In this document: in pieces, positions 28,473-38,108 of the stretch
Layout: each line of letters begins with the position of its first letter
Position numbering within the stretch: position 1 is the first letter of the stretch
Origin: Candidatus Xenobia bacterium
GTDB taxonomy: Bacteria; Vulcanimicrobiota; Xenobia; Xenobiales; QWHO01
Direction: 5' to 3'
NCBI GenBank assembly: GCA_045863235.1
Contig: BTUM01000032.1
Span: 15,373-79,372 of the forward strand
Length of the DNA stretch: 64,000 nucleotides
Position numbers and translations under genes: made by a program
The notes under the pieces: generated by a model
The model's database searches: none
What the model was told of the DNA's origin: nothing
Seen by the model: the letters and a program-made list of their open reading frames with translations, nothing else

Positions 28473-30604
28473 TGCGAGTACCGTTTGTCTGGCTCAAGGA
28501 GTATGTCGAGATTTTCGAGCCCCTGACTCAGGTTGCCGAGGAAATCAGCTCGCTGGGCTACCCGGTGGCCGGGACCGGAACCGTGGGAGCACCCGTGCGC
28601 GGCGTTCTGGTGGGTCAGGTGAGCAGTATCGCGCCTCACCCCAAAGCCGATTTGATGAAGGTTTGCCAGATCGATCTCGGAGACGAAGGAGAAGCCCAGA
28701 TCGTGACCACGGCTGGGAACGTGCGCCTGGGGCAGAAAGTCGCTGCCGCCTTGCACGGAGCGGTTCTGGCCGGGGGAACTCGCATCAAGCGAGGGCGCTT
28801 GCGCGGGGTTCTCTCCGAGGGAATGCTGTGCTCGGCTGACGAGCTGGGTCTGTCGGCTCTCGACCTGCCCCACGAGCAGCGTCACGGACTCATCGAGATG
28901 CCCGAGCAGAGCGAGCCGGGAACTGATGTCATGGACCTGTTGGGCCTGGACCAACAGGTGATCCTGTTGACGCCCTGGCCGGAACGAAACCCCGGTGGGC
29001 TGATTGGACTCGCACGTGAGCTGGCGGTTCGGATGGAGCGAAGCCTCGAGAGCCCCTCTCTTGCTCCGGCCGAGACCAGCGCTACGGGCTGGTTCGAAGA
29101 GCCCGATCCGGCTGCCGTCTGCGAGCTCGGAGTCTGCCTGCTGCAGGGCGTCAAGCTCGAGCCTTCCCCGGCCTGGATGGCTCGTCGCTTGCGAGCAGCC
29201 GGGCTGCATACGGTCATGAACGTGCTCGACATCGTGCGCTACGTGATGGTGGAGACCGGTCAGCCCTTGCACGTCTATGATCTGGACCGACTGCGACCTC
29301 CGCTGAGTATGCGCCCAAGCACGCCGGGCGAGTCCCTGCGGCTTGGAGAGACGGTGCGCGAGCTTCCTCCTGGCACCTGGGTGGTCTGCGACGGGAGAGG
29401 CCCCGTAGCTGTTGCCGGTGTGGCTGTGGGCAGCGATTTTCAAGTGCATCCCCGGACCCGACGCGTACTGGTCAAGGCGGCTCGCTATCGGCCAGGCCTG
29501 GTAGAGGAGAACGGTCGCCTCCTGGGGGTCGCTACGGAGTCGTCGCGGCGCTTTGTGGCTGGCCCCCGGGGCAGCCACCTGACCCTGGCTCTGCAGCGCG
29601 CGAGCTGGTTGCTTCAGAGGCTGGCTCGGGGGCGATTGCAGGCCGTACAAAGCTGGCGCTGTGACGATCAACCCGAGTTTGAGCTCGACCCGGCCTTTCT
29701 CGAACGCCATCTCGGGCCTCTTGACTCGGGCTGGCTCGACCAGGCTCTGGTGGCCGCTGGTATCGGCTATCATCGAGTGGGCAGCCAGTTGCGAGTGAGC
29801 GTCTCGGCTCACCGGGTCCTGGAGGACCTGGTGCGTCTTCGCGGGGTGGACCGTCTCGAAGCAGTGCCTGCGACCCTGCGGGCCTCCCCAACCGATGAGC
29901 TGGATGTGCGACGTCGACTGGCGATGATGGGATTTTCGGAAGTGGTGTCCGGCTCTCTGCCTCAGCCCTGGTTGGGATTGCTCGAGCTGGCTGGTCGGCG
30001 CGGTCAGGACGAGCTAAGGCTGATGGAGCAGGTCGAGAGTGAGCTTTGTTTGCTGGTTTCGGGACACGATTCAGCCTATCTTCACTTGAAAGGTCTTCTT
30101 GAAATGCTTGCCGAACTCGCCCAGGCCGAGCTGTCTTTCGAGCCTGCCGAGTTGCCCTGGCTGCACCCGGGTAGCTCGGCGAAGATTAGCCTGGGTAATG
30201 CTCCTCTGGGCTGGTTGGGGGAGCCGCATCACGGGCACGAGGACCGGGTTCAATCGACCCTCGCGGTAGCACTCATCGACAAGGAGCGACTGGCTGCTCG
30301 AGCCCGCCCTCGGGGGCTCTTCAATCCGGATGAAGTCCGTTGGGTCGAGCGAGATCTTGCGGTGCTGGTGCCCGAGCAAGTCTGGGCCGGGAAGGTAGTC
30401 GACCAGGCCCGTCAGGCAGGGGGGGCCATGCTGGTTTCGATCCGGTGCTTCGACGTCTATCGAGGGAGCCAGATTCCCGAGGGATGGAAGAGTCTGGGGT
30501 TGAGGATCAGGTTGCAGTGCGATCGGGAGGCCGAGATCAAGTCCATTCTGGGCCGGATCCTGGGGCAACTGGAACAGAATCTTGGTGCTCGCTTGCGGGC
30601 TTGA
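28472..30604 (+). CDS. PheT-like protein (PheRS beta), shortened
   Basis: WLKEYV, HPKAD, LRGVLSEGMLCSADELG (B2), DIVRYVMVETGQPLHVYD (B3/4), RDLA...FDVYRG...KSL (B8); TGATG coupling with pheS-like; 710 aa. Confidence 0.85.
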   Translation: MRVPFVWLKEYVEIFEPLTQVAEEISSLGYPVAGTGTVGAPVRGVLVGQVSSIAPHPKADLMKVCQIDLGDEGEAQIVTTAGNVRLGQKVAAALHGAVLAGGTRIKRGRLRGVLSEGMLCSADELGLSALDLPHEQRHGLIEMPEQSEPGTDVMDLLGLDQQVILLTPWPERNPGGLIGLARELAVRMERSLESPSLAPAETSATGWFEEPDPAAVCELGVCLLQGVKLEPSPAWMARRLRAAGLHTVMNVLDIVRYVMVETGQPLHVYDLDRLRPPLSMRPSTPGESLRLGETVRELPPGTWVVCDGRGPVAVAGVAVGSDFQVHPRTRRVLVKAARYRPGLVEENGRLLGVATESSRRFVAGPRGSHLTLALQRASWLLQRLARGRLQAVQSWRCDDQPEFELDPAFLERHLGPLDSGWLDQALVAAGIGYHRVGSQLRVSVSAHRVLEDLVRLRGVDRLEAVPATLRASPTDELDVRRRLAMMGFSEVVSGSLPQPWLGLLELAGRRGQDELRLMEQVESELCLLVSGHDSAYLHLKGLLEMLAELAQAELSFEPAELPWLHPGSSAKISLGNAPLGWLGEPHHGHEDRVQSTLAVALIDKERLAARARPRGLFNPDEVRWVERDLAVLVPEQVWAGKVVDQARQAGGAMLVSIRCFDVYRGSQIPEGWKSLGLRIRLQCDREAEIKSILGRILGQLEQNLGARLRA

Positions 30605-30619
30605 AGGAAGGAGGAACGT

Positions 30620-31159
30620 ATGACCGGCCTCGATATGCTGCTGCTGATCTTGATCGTCGCGTTTATCTATCTCGGTTACCGCCGAGGCGTGATCGGCGAG
30701 GCATTCGATATCATTACCGGCATCGTGACGGGCATCGTCGGGGTCATCGTCTACGCTCCCCTGGGAAAGATGATCGATCAGTGGACCGAATGGGGAGTCG
30801 GCCCATCTCAATGGCTGGCTTTCTTTCTGGTCGGGTGCCCGGTGGCCGTGTGCCTGTTGATTCTCGGCATGCACCTCGATCGAATCGCCCGCGATGACAA
30901 GAAGATTCCCGACGCCATCATGGCCTATGGTGGGCTCTTCTTGAGCATCTTCAAGTCTCTGTTCGTGCTCTGGCTGGCCCTGATGCTGCTGAAAGCGAGT
31001 CCTCTTTACAGCAAAACGACCCGTGAAGAGTTTACCAATGCTCCCGTCGTCAATTTCATTGAAGATACTGGCGGAACAGCCGGGAAGGCCATCTTCGGCG
31101 TCATGGCACCGGGCAATGTCCAGAAGCAGTTGGGGCCCTTCCTGCAATCGGGATTCTAG
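30620..31159 (+). CDS. cvpA: CvpA/colicin V production family membrane protein
   Basis: LD.....YLGYRRGVIGE, later D...GG..S; located after pheT-like. Confidence 0.7.
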   Translation: MTGLDMLLLILIVAFIYLGYRRGVIGEAFDIITGIVTGIVGVIVYAPLGKMIDQWTEWGVGPSQWLAFFLVGCPVAVCLLILGMHLDRIARDDKKIPDAIMAYGGLFLSIFKSLFVLWLALMLLKASPLYSKTTREEFTNAPVVNFIEDTGGTAGKAIFGVMAPGNVQKQLGPFLQSGF

Positions 31160-31163
31160 GAGG

Positions 31164-31619
31164 ATGGCCTGCTGGTTGCTCAAGAGTGAGCCCGAGGTAT
31201 TCTCCATCGACGACCTTCAGCGCAAGAAGGTCGAGGGCTGGGACGGTGTGCGCAACTACCAGGCGCGCAACTATCTCAAGAGCATGCGCAAGGGCGATCA
31301 AGCCTTCTTCTATCATAGCCGTGAGAAGCCCCCGGGCATCGTGGGGATCTGCAAAGTAGTGCGCACTGCTTACCCTGACGATACGGCCAGCAATCCCAGG
31401 AGCCCCTATTATGATCCTCGCCACACTGCCGAAAACCCTGTCTGGTTTCGGGTGGACGTCGAGTTCGTGGAGAAGTTCTCGCGCTTGCTCTCCCTCGATG
31501 AGCTCAAGGCTACCCGTGGCCTGGAGCAGATGGTCGTGACGCGCAAGGGCAGTCGCCTTTCGGTGCAGCCAGTGACACCGAAGGAGTGGAAGACTGTGCT
31601 CAAGCTGCTCGAGTCGTGA
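31164..31619 (+). CDS. EVE domain protein
   Basis: WLLKSEP, WDGVRNYQARN, FYHS, YYDP, RLSVQPV. Confidence 0.95.
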   Translation: MACWLLKSEPEVFSIDDLQRKKVEGWDGVRNYQARNYLKSMRKGDQAFFYHSREKPPGIVGICKVVRTAYPDDTASNPRSPYYDPRHTAENPVWFRVDVEFVEKFSRLLSLDELKATRGLEQMVVTRKGSRLSVQPVTPKEWKTVLKLLES

Positions 31620-32305
31620 TCGAGCTGGTTCTGGTGCGCCACGCGCAGCCGATGTGGGAACCCGGTGGGCGGGCGGTGGACAACCCTGAGTTGACCGAGT
31701 TGGGACTGCAGCAGGCCAACCGGTTGGCAGAGTGGCTTTCGGGCGAGCACTTTGACGCCTTCTATTGCAGTCCCTTATTGCGTTGCCGCCAGACGGCCGC
31801 CCCTCTGGAGGCCCTCTGGCGGCGCTCGTGCACCATTTTGAGCTGGTTGGAGGAGATCAGGCTGCCCACCCTGGAGGGCCAACCATCCGCCCAGGTGCAC
31901 GAGTTTCTGGCTCAAGTTCGAGCCCGCGACCTGGAAGATTGGTGGGAGGGGGCTCCAGGCGGGGAGTCCTTTCGCCACTTTCACGAGCGAGTTGTGGGTG
32001 GTCTGGAGCCCCTGCTGACTCGCGACCATCGCGCGGAGCTGCACTCCGAGGCTTCCTACCGACTGTGGCAGGTACCTTCGGAAAGCGAGCGCATTCTGGT
32101 GGTGGCCCACGGGGGCACGATCGCTGTCATGCTCAGCTTCTTGCTCGGAATCGAGCCGGTTCCCTGGGAGTGGGAGCGTTTCAAAGTCGGCTGGTGTGGC
32201 CTGTCGGTCGTACGCTCGGTCGAACTGGCTACGGGAGCTCTGTGGTCTCTGACCAGTTTCAATGCCCGCGGCCACCTGGCCGGGCTACCCGACCCATGGG
32301 GTTAA
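31616..32305 (+). CDS. Histidine phosphatase family protein
   Basis: LVRHAQ, SPLLRCRQTA, GGES, VAHGG. Confidence 0.85.
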   Translation: MIELVLVRHAQPMWEPGGRAVDNPELTELGLQQANRLAEWLSGEHFDAFYCSPLLRCRQTAAPLEALWRRSCTILSWLEEIRLPTLEGQPSAQVHEFLAQVRARDLEDWWEGAPGGESFRHFHERVVGGLEPLLTRDHRAELHSEASYRLWQVPSESERILVVAHGGTIAVMLSFLLGIEPVPWEWERFKVGWCGLSVVRSVELATGALWSLTSFNARGHLAGLPDPWG

Positions 32306-32308
32306 CGG

Positions 32309-32776
32309 TCAGGGAACCTCGATCTTCCAATCGGTCAGTTCGACGGGGGGGGTGAGCTTGGCGCCCGAGGCTCGAAACTGGACAAAGACCGAGCTCTTTG
32401 CGGGTAAGGCGACGTCTCTGGCCGTGAAGAAGTATTCGGTCACCGCTTCTTCGCCTTCGCCCAGAACCTTCTCGGTCCGTTCCATCTTGGTGTAGGCGGC
32501 GCTGGAGCCGGCCTCATCGACCACACGATATTCCAGATCCTCGACGATCGGTTTCTCATTGCCCCAGTCTCCCAGGCCGTTGTTGGCCTCAAGGGTCACC
32601 TTGCCGTTGCTCGGGGGCCAGGGAGACATCTTGACGGACAATTCCGAGTCGTCGGAAAGCTGCCAGAAGGTTTCCGATGGCTTCTCTTCTCCGCTCTGGC
32701 TGGAGTCAGGAGCGGGGGGCGAGGAGCAGCCCAGGAAAAGCATGGCAGACACGAGCACGGTGAGCAATCTTCGCAT
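32309..32776 (-). CDS. Putative lipoprotein
   Basis: MRRLLTVLVSAMLFLGC lipobox. Confidence 0.7.
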   Translation of the reverse strand: MRRLLTVLVSAMLFLGCSSPPAPDSSQSGEEKPSETFWQLSDDSELSVKMSPWPPSNGKVTLEANNGLGDWGNEKPIVEDLEYRVVDEAGSSAAYTKMERTEKVLGEGEEAVTEYFFTARDVALPAKSSVFVQFRASGAKLTPPVELTDWKIEVP

Positions 32777-32811
32777 GCCTGGCTTGATGCGACGGACCTT
32801 CGGCAGGGTCC

Positions 32812-32832
32812 TTTTTCAGGGATTTTTCAGGG
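32812..32832 (+). promoter_or_regulatory. TTTTTCAGG-N2-TTTTTCAGGG direct repeat (11-bp period)
   Basis: Near-identical element at 37994-38014 and, on the minus strand, at 54896-54915. Confidence 0.6.
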
Positions 32833-32906
32833 CTTGTGCATACAACAAGCGGGCTTTCTGGGGTTCTGTCCCCCAGCAGCAATCTCTCGATCGAGGAGCA
32901 CTCATC

Positions 32907-33497
32907 ATGGTCATCACCCAGACTGCCCCCCAGCTCAACGCCGTCCGCGCTGCCTCCAGCGCCCCGGTGGAGGCTCCTCCGGACCAGGACAAAGACCAGG
33001 ACAAGGCCGAGCTGAAAGCCCTGTGGAATGAGGTCAGGACTCCCACCCTGATCGGGACCGGCGCAGGTTTTGCCGCGGGTGCTGCCGCCGGCTCGGTTGG
33101 TGGCATCCTGGGTGGCATCGCTGGAGCTGGAACCATGGTGGCCGGCACGGTGGCCGGTGCGGCCCTGGGCGGATATCTGGGCCTGCAGCTGGGGATGAAG
33201 ATCGGTGAGAACAAGGACCTTCTGGGAGTGCTGCTGGTCATGGGCACCACTTCGGCTGGCCTGGTGCTGGGGGGTTATGCCGGTTTTTATGGCGGGCTGG
33301 CCCTGGGCGCGGTGGCCGGTGCCTCGGGTGGGGTTCTGGGCGCTGTGGCAGGCGGTCTGGGAGCCGCTCCGGTAGCCGGGCTGGTGACCGGGGGCGTGGC
33401 CGCCTTCCGCGAGGTCAAGGCTCACCCCGAGAAGTACCCCACCCTGATCAAGAACTGGCAGGAGGCTGGCAAGTCCAAGGACGAGCCCAAACCCTGA
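32907..33497 (+). CDS. Glycine-zipper membrane protein
   Basis: GAGGAG SD; repeated GxxxG hydrophobic segments. Confidence 0.7.
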   Translation: MVITQTAPQLNAVRAASSAPVEAPPDQDKDQDKAELKALWNEVRTPTLIGTGAGFAAGAAAGSVGGILGGIAGAGTMVAGTVAGAALGGYLGLQLGMKIGENKDLLGVLLVMGTTSAGLVLGGYAGFYGGLALGAVAGASGGVLGAVAGGLGAAPVAGLVTGGVAAFREVKAHPEKYPTLIKNWQEAGKSKDEPKP

Positions 33498-33563
33498 GCT
33501 CTGCCCGTCTGAACGAACAACTATTCTCCAGGAAACCAATGTACCGCGCAGAAAACCGATCCC

Positions 33564-35990
33564 ATGTGGGAAGAAATTCTGGCCGGTCTGAATCCTCCTC
33601 AACACGAAGCGGTCGTGACCACCGAGGGTCCGGTGCTGATCCTGGCCGGCGCGGGCAGCGGCAAGACCCGGGTCTTGACCCGTCGCATCGCCTACATCCT
33701 GGCTCAAAAACTGGCATGGCGAAACCAGATCCTGGCTGTAACCTTCACCAACAAAGCAGCTCGCGAGATGAAGGACCGCATCGAGGAGCTCTGTGGGGCA
33801 GGTCGTTTTCCTGATCTGGGCACCTTTCACTCGGTCTGCTCCCGCTGGCTCCGCGTGCACTCCGAGAGTCTGGGCCTGTCCTCACGATTTGCCATTTACG
33901 ACACCTCCGAGCAGACCATGGTCATGCGTGAGGTGGTGCGAGAGATGCGCCTGGACGAGAAACGCTTTCCGCCCACGGCCTTCTTGCACCAGGTCTCCAG
34001 TTGGAAGAACAGCCTGATCCTTCCCCCGCAGGCTCAGCGCGAAGCGAAATCACCCTATGAGCGGGACGTCTCCACCGCCTATGAGCTTTATCAGAAGAAG
34101 CTCAAGCTCAATCAGGCGGTAGATTTCGATGACATTCTGGTTTACGCGGTGGAGCTGTTTCGCCACGATCCGGCTCTGCTCGAGCGTTACCAGGAGCGTC
34201 TTCGCTACATCCTCATCGACGAGTATCAGGACGTGAATCCGGTGCAGTATGAGCTGGTCCGCCTCCTGGCTGGCCGCCATCGCAACCTGTGCGCGGTGGG
34301 TGACGATGACCAGAGCATCTATGCCTTTCGTGGCGCTGACGTGTCCATTTTGCTGCGTTTTGAAGAAGACTTTCCCGAGTCCAAGATCATCAAGCTCGAG
34401 CAGAACTATCGCTCGACCCGCTTCATCCTGGAAGCCTCCAATGCGGTGGTTGCGAACAATCGAGGTCGCAAGGCCAAGGCCCTCTGGACCGACAAGCCGG
34501 GTGGGGAGAAGCTCCAACTCTACTCGGCAGCCGACGGACGCGACGAAGCCCGTTATGTGGCTCGAAGCATTCGCGATCTGGGAGGGGGATCGCGGCGTCC
34601 CTACGGAGACTTCGTGCTGCTCTACCGCACCAACTCGATGTCTCGGCTCCTGGAAGAAGCCCTCATCCAGGCCGGCATCCCCTACAAGATCATCGGAGGG
34701 CTGCGCTTCTTCGAGCGCAAGGAGATCAAGGACGTGCTGAGCTACCTGCGCCTGCTGGTCAACGAAGCCGACTCGATCTCACTGCGCCGCATTCTCAACG
34801 TGCCACCGCGAGGCATTGGCGATACCACTTTGCAGAAGCTCGAGCGCTTCAGCCAGAGCCAGGAGATCTCCCTTTACGAAGCCATGCGCCGGTCAGGCGA
34901 AGCAGGCCTGACGGGTAAGGCCAAGGAGGCCCTCGAGGGCCTGGCGAGCTGGCTCGACAGGTTGCGCGACAGGTTACGCTCGGGTGGAAAGCCCGTCGCC
35001 CCGGCCGAGTCGCTCTTCGACGAACCGGTGGCTCTGGAGGCGGTCAGCGTGACCGGCACTCTCAGAGAGGTGCTTAAAAAGAGCGGCTACCGTGACTGGC
35101 TGGGAGCCGATCAGAAGGTCGAAGCCCAGGCCCGTCTCGAGAACCTGGACGAACTCGAGAACGTCACCACGGAATTCGACCAGAATGCCGAGGATCCGTC
35201 GCTGGAGACCTTTCTGGCCGAGGTCTCCCTGCTGTCTGATCAGGATACCTACCAGGATTCCAGCCAGGCGGTCACGCTCATGACGTTGCACGCGGCCAAG
35301 GGATTGGAGTTCCCGGTGGTGTTCCTGGCCGGGTTGGAGGAGGGCACCTTTCCCCACCAGCGTTCCATCGACAACCCCGATGAGTTGGAAGAGGAGCGGC
35401 GCCTGTGCTACGTGGGGATGACCCGCGCTCGGCAAGTGCTGCGGCTGAGCCGGGCTCAGACCCGAGATGTCCACGGCACCCGCATCCCAAAGATGCCTTC
35501 CCGATTCCTGGCCGAGATCCCTCAGGAGTTGCTGTTGCAGGCCCGCAGCGAGTACTTTGTGCCCGAGCAGCGTCGAGAGCGCGAGAGTCCCAGTGTGGGC
35601 TCGGGCAAGTTCGCAGGCTGGGGAAAGTCCAGTCCGCCTGCGCGGGTCACCCCCCCGGCCGAGAAGCCTCGTCCCGTGCGCTCCGAGCTGCCGGCCCGCT
35701 TTCGGCCCGGCCAGAGGGTGATCCACAAGGTATTCGGCCAGGGTTCGGTGGAGAAGACCGAGCGCGATCTGGTCACGGTGAACTTCGACGAGAAGGGCGC
35801 CAAGACGGTTCAGGAGAGTTTTCTCTCACCCATGGCCTCTGATCCCCTCGGCGTCGGCGATCGGGTGTTTCACTCGCGCTGGGGCAAGGGCGTCGTCAAG
35901 ACGGCCGACCCGGGTGCGGTCACGGTCGTGTTCCCCGGTATGACCTTGCACCTGTCTCCGGAAGAGGCAGCCAAAACCCGCCGGCTTTAG
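33564..35990 (+). CDS. pcrA: ATP-dependent DNA helicase PcrA/UvrD
   Basis: AGAGSGKT, TFTNKAAREM, DEYQD, VGDDDQSIYAFRGA, LEQNYRS, MTLHAAKGLEF, EEERRLCYVGMTRA. Confidence 0.97.
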   Translation: MWEEILAGLNPPQHEAVVTTEGPVLILAGAGSGKTRVLTRRIAYILAQKLAWRNQILAVTFTNKAAREMKDRIEELCGAGRFPDLGTFHSVCSRWLRVHSESLGLSSRFAIYDTSEQTMVMREVVREMRLDEKRFPPTAFLHQVSSWKNSLILPPQAQREAKSPYERDVSTAYELYQKKLKLNQAVDFDDILVYAVELFRHDPALLERYQERLRYILIDEYQDVNPVQYELVRLLAGRHRNLCAVGDDDQSIYAFRGADVSILLRFEEDFPESKIIKLEQNYRSTRFILEASNAVVANNRGRKAKALWTDKPGGEKLQLYSAADGRDEARYVARSIRDLGGGSRRPYGDFVLLYRTNSMSRLLEEALIQAGIPYKIIGGLRFFERKEIKDVLSYLRLLVNEADSISLRRILNVPPRGIGDTTLQKLERFSQSQEISLYEAMRRSGEAGLTGKAKEALEGLASWLDRLRDRLRSGGKPVAPAESLFDEPVALEAVSVTGTLREVLKKSGYRDWLGADQKVEAQARLENLDELENVTTEFDQNAEDPSLETFLAEVSLLSDQDTYQDSSQAVTLMTLHAAKGLEFPVVFLAGLEEGTFPHQRSIDNPDELEEERRLCYVGMTRARQVLRLSRAQTRDVHGTRIPKMPSRFLAEIPQELLLQARSEYFVPEQRRERESPSVGSGKFAGWGKSSPPARVTPPAEKPRPVRSELPARFRPGQRVIHKVFGQGSVEKTERDLVTVNFDEKGAKTVQESFLSPMASDPLGVGDRVFHSRWGKGVVKTADPGAVTVVFPGMTLHLSPEEAAKTRRL

Positions 35991-36070
35991 GCAACTCCGC
36001 CTGCCGCCGAGAGCGCCAGGGACACGAAGGCCCTGTCTGGGCGCACCCCTCCGCGAGCTGAGCCAGGCTA

Positions 36071-36096
36071 ATGTGCTCGCACTTTGGTTTTGCCCA
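36071..36096. repeat. 26-nt dispersed intergenic repeat, copy 1
   Basis: atgtgctcgcactttggttttgccca; 24/26 identical to 45961-45986. Confidence 0.75.
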
Positions 36097-36103
36097 TCAG
36101 CCT

Positions 36104-37927
36104 TCACCCTCGGCGAGGTACTCGCACGCCGCCGATGACCACCGCGTCCTCCTGCTGGGCGACGCTGCCCTGACTGGTCGGCCCACCGAAGGAGGCCTTC
36201 AGCGCCTTCTCCACGTCGTCGTGAAGGACCAGATTCTGCAGGAACTGAGTGACCCGCTGATCGGTCTGGCGGGGGTCGCTCTTGCCCTCGCGCAAATCCT
36301 GCTGAAAGTAGGTGAAGACCTCGGTGGCGCGGTCCTGGTGGCGACCTACGGCCATGCCTTCCAGCAACTTGCAAAAGCGTTCGCCGGTAGTCGCCAGACT
36401 CTCCGAGCCGGCCCGCTCGGCCAGGATGGTGCGGTAGCAAAAGCTGGTCTGATCGGTGCTCCCGGCGGGCAGGCGGCGAGCGATGTCGGTGAAAAGCCGG
36501 GTGCGGTCTTCCTGGCTCTCCGCGCCCACGGTGATGCGGACCAGGTCCATCCCTTCACTGGCGGCGGCGATCGAGCCGCTGGCCGACAGCAAGCTGAAGA
36601 ACAGGTCTTCGAGTTGCTCCTGGCGCTGGGGATTGTTAGCCGCTCTGGCGGCGATCACTTCCTGGGTCTGGCTGAGCACCCGATTGGCCTGCTCGTAGCC
36701 CTGGCGGGCGTAAGTCGTGCTGACCAGGGCTGTCTTGCGAGCCAGCTCGAAGGGGGTGGCGCACTCGGCGAACAGCTTCTTGGTCAGCCCACCAACGCGC
36801 TCGCTGACCCGATAGTTGTCATCGTCCCCCTTCTTGCTGCCCCGAAGCAGTTCTGCGTAAACGGCTGCAGCCACACGCAGCGGGAACTTTTCGCCCCCCT
36901 GGATCACGATCTGAGGAAAATAGACGTTGTCGCGCTCCCATCCCGCCTCGGCATAAGCCCCCGACAGAACCTCGCGATAGACGGCATCGTATTCAGCCAG
37001 GCGTCGAGAGAGCCCGGGCAGGTTGGCAAGCTCGTCGCGACTGACGCTCAGCAGGACCCCCTTTCCTTCGCGCGCCCATACGTTCTTGGCTTCCTGCAAG
37101 TAGACCGAGCGTGCATCGATCTTGTTGCGGTCGCTGTAGAACTCGAAGCCCTTCTCTTGCGCTTGCTTCAAATCTTCCGCCAGTGCCGGATCCTTGAGCC
37201 CGCGGTCCGTCCCGGAGCCGCAAAAGTAGTCGAGTGCGGACAGGGTTTCGGCGTTGGCCGCCACTCTGTCGTTGCCGGGGGCGGCGAAGTAGATGTCCTG
37301 CCCGGCAGCGAGTCCGCGCAGGTGCTCCAGGGTGTCGCTGGGGCGCCTCTCGTCCTCGTCATAGTAGTAGGAGGAGCTGGAGGTCGGCTTGTAATCCTTG
37401 GCTTGGAGACTGCGCAGGGTCTCGAGCCGGGTCTTGTCCTCACCGGTGAGGACGTCGTGGCCCAGGACAGCGTCGGCAAACTGCAGATCGCGCAGGGCGG
37501 TCACCTTACGTCGGTCGGTGCCGGGCATGGTGATCTGCAGACGGTCCAGTTTGTCAGCTTTCTGTTTCAGGACGTGCTCGCAGGCTTTGTCGGCCGTCAG
37601 CTCCTGGTGTCTGGGACGGAGCCCGAAGGGGAGCACGAAGCGTCTTCGATACTCGAACCTGGCTCCGCCCTGCTCAAGCCTGCGGAAGGCCTGGAGCAGG
37701 TCCTGGCGGGCAGTCTCGCTGATAACAGAGCCAATTGGCCCACCCACGGTCGAGCCGGCCACCAACACTCCCGCCTGCGCGAGCTCGGGCCAGGGATTGG
37801 CCAGGGGAGTGGACTGCAGTTGAACCTTATCGCCGGGGTCGGCCGGTGTCGTCTCGGCCGCGGCGGCCGGTCGCGAAGCTACGAATGTCGGTCGGGAGGT
37901 CAGGCTCTGGAGCGAGGTGATCATCAC
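36104..37927 (-). CDS. Hypothetical protein with N-terminal D-x-V-x-L motif and C-terminal VVIGGVRV motif
   Basis: 607-aa ORF; TAGACT 7 nt upstream of the GTG start. Confidence 0.75.
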   Translation of the reverse strand: MMITSLQSLTSRPTFVASRPAAAAETTPADPGDKVQLQSTPLANPWPELAQAGVLVAGSTVGGPIGSVISETARQDLLQAFRRLEQGGARFEYRRRFVLPFGLRPRHQELTADKACEHVLKQKADKLDRLQITMPGTDRRKVTALRDLQFADAVLGHDVLTGEDKTRLETLRSLQAKDYKPTSSSSYYYDEDERRPSDTLEHLRGLAAGQDIYFAAPGNDRVAANAETLSALDYFCGSGTDRGLKDPALAEDLKQAQEKGFEFYSDRNKIDARSVYLQEAKNVWAREGKGVLLSVSRDELANLPGLSRRLAEYDAVYREVLSGAYAEAGWERDNVYFPQIVIQGGEKFPLRVAAAVYAELLRGSKKGDDDNYRVSERVGGLTKKLFAECATPFELARKTALVSTTYARQGYEQANRVLSQTQEVIAARAANNPQRQEQLEDLFFSLLSASGSIAAASEGMDLVRITVGAESQEDRTRLFTDIARRLPAGSTDQTSFCYRTILAERAGSESLATTGERFCKLLEGMAVGRHQDRATEVFTYFQQDLREGKSDPRQTDQRVTQFLQNLVLHDDVEKALKASFGGPTSQGSVAQQEDAVVIGGVRVPRRG

Positions 37928-37993
37928 GCCTTCAAGTCTACGATCTTCCGGCCAGCACGGGGTGAAGGTCGTGTTAACAGCTCGCCGGGCCCG

Positions 37994-38014
37994 TTTTTCA
38001 GGCTTTTTTCAGGG
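37994..38014 (+). promoter_or_regulatory. TTTTTCAGG-N2-TTTTTCAGGG direct repeat (11-bp period)
   Basis: Same element as 32812-32832, in a divergent intergenic region. Confidence 0.6.
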
Positions 38015-38108
38015 TGCACGCGGCAGCGAACTGTGTCCGCAGGAGAACCACGATACCCTTCGAATCGAATTTACGTCAAGAATTTGCAAAGCGAGGGCAG
38101 AAATCTTG

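Noticed and set aside
27636..30604. Calling the pheS/pheT-like genes pseudogenes
   Set aside because: No stops or frameshifts over about 3 kb, coupling is preserved, and motif loss is domain-selective; kept as CDS.
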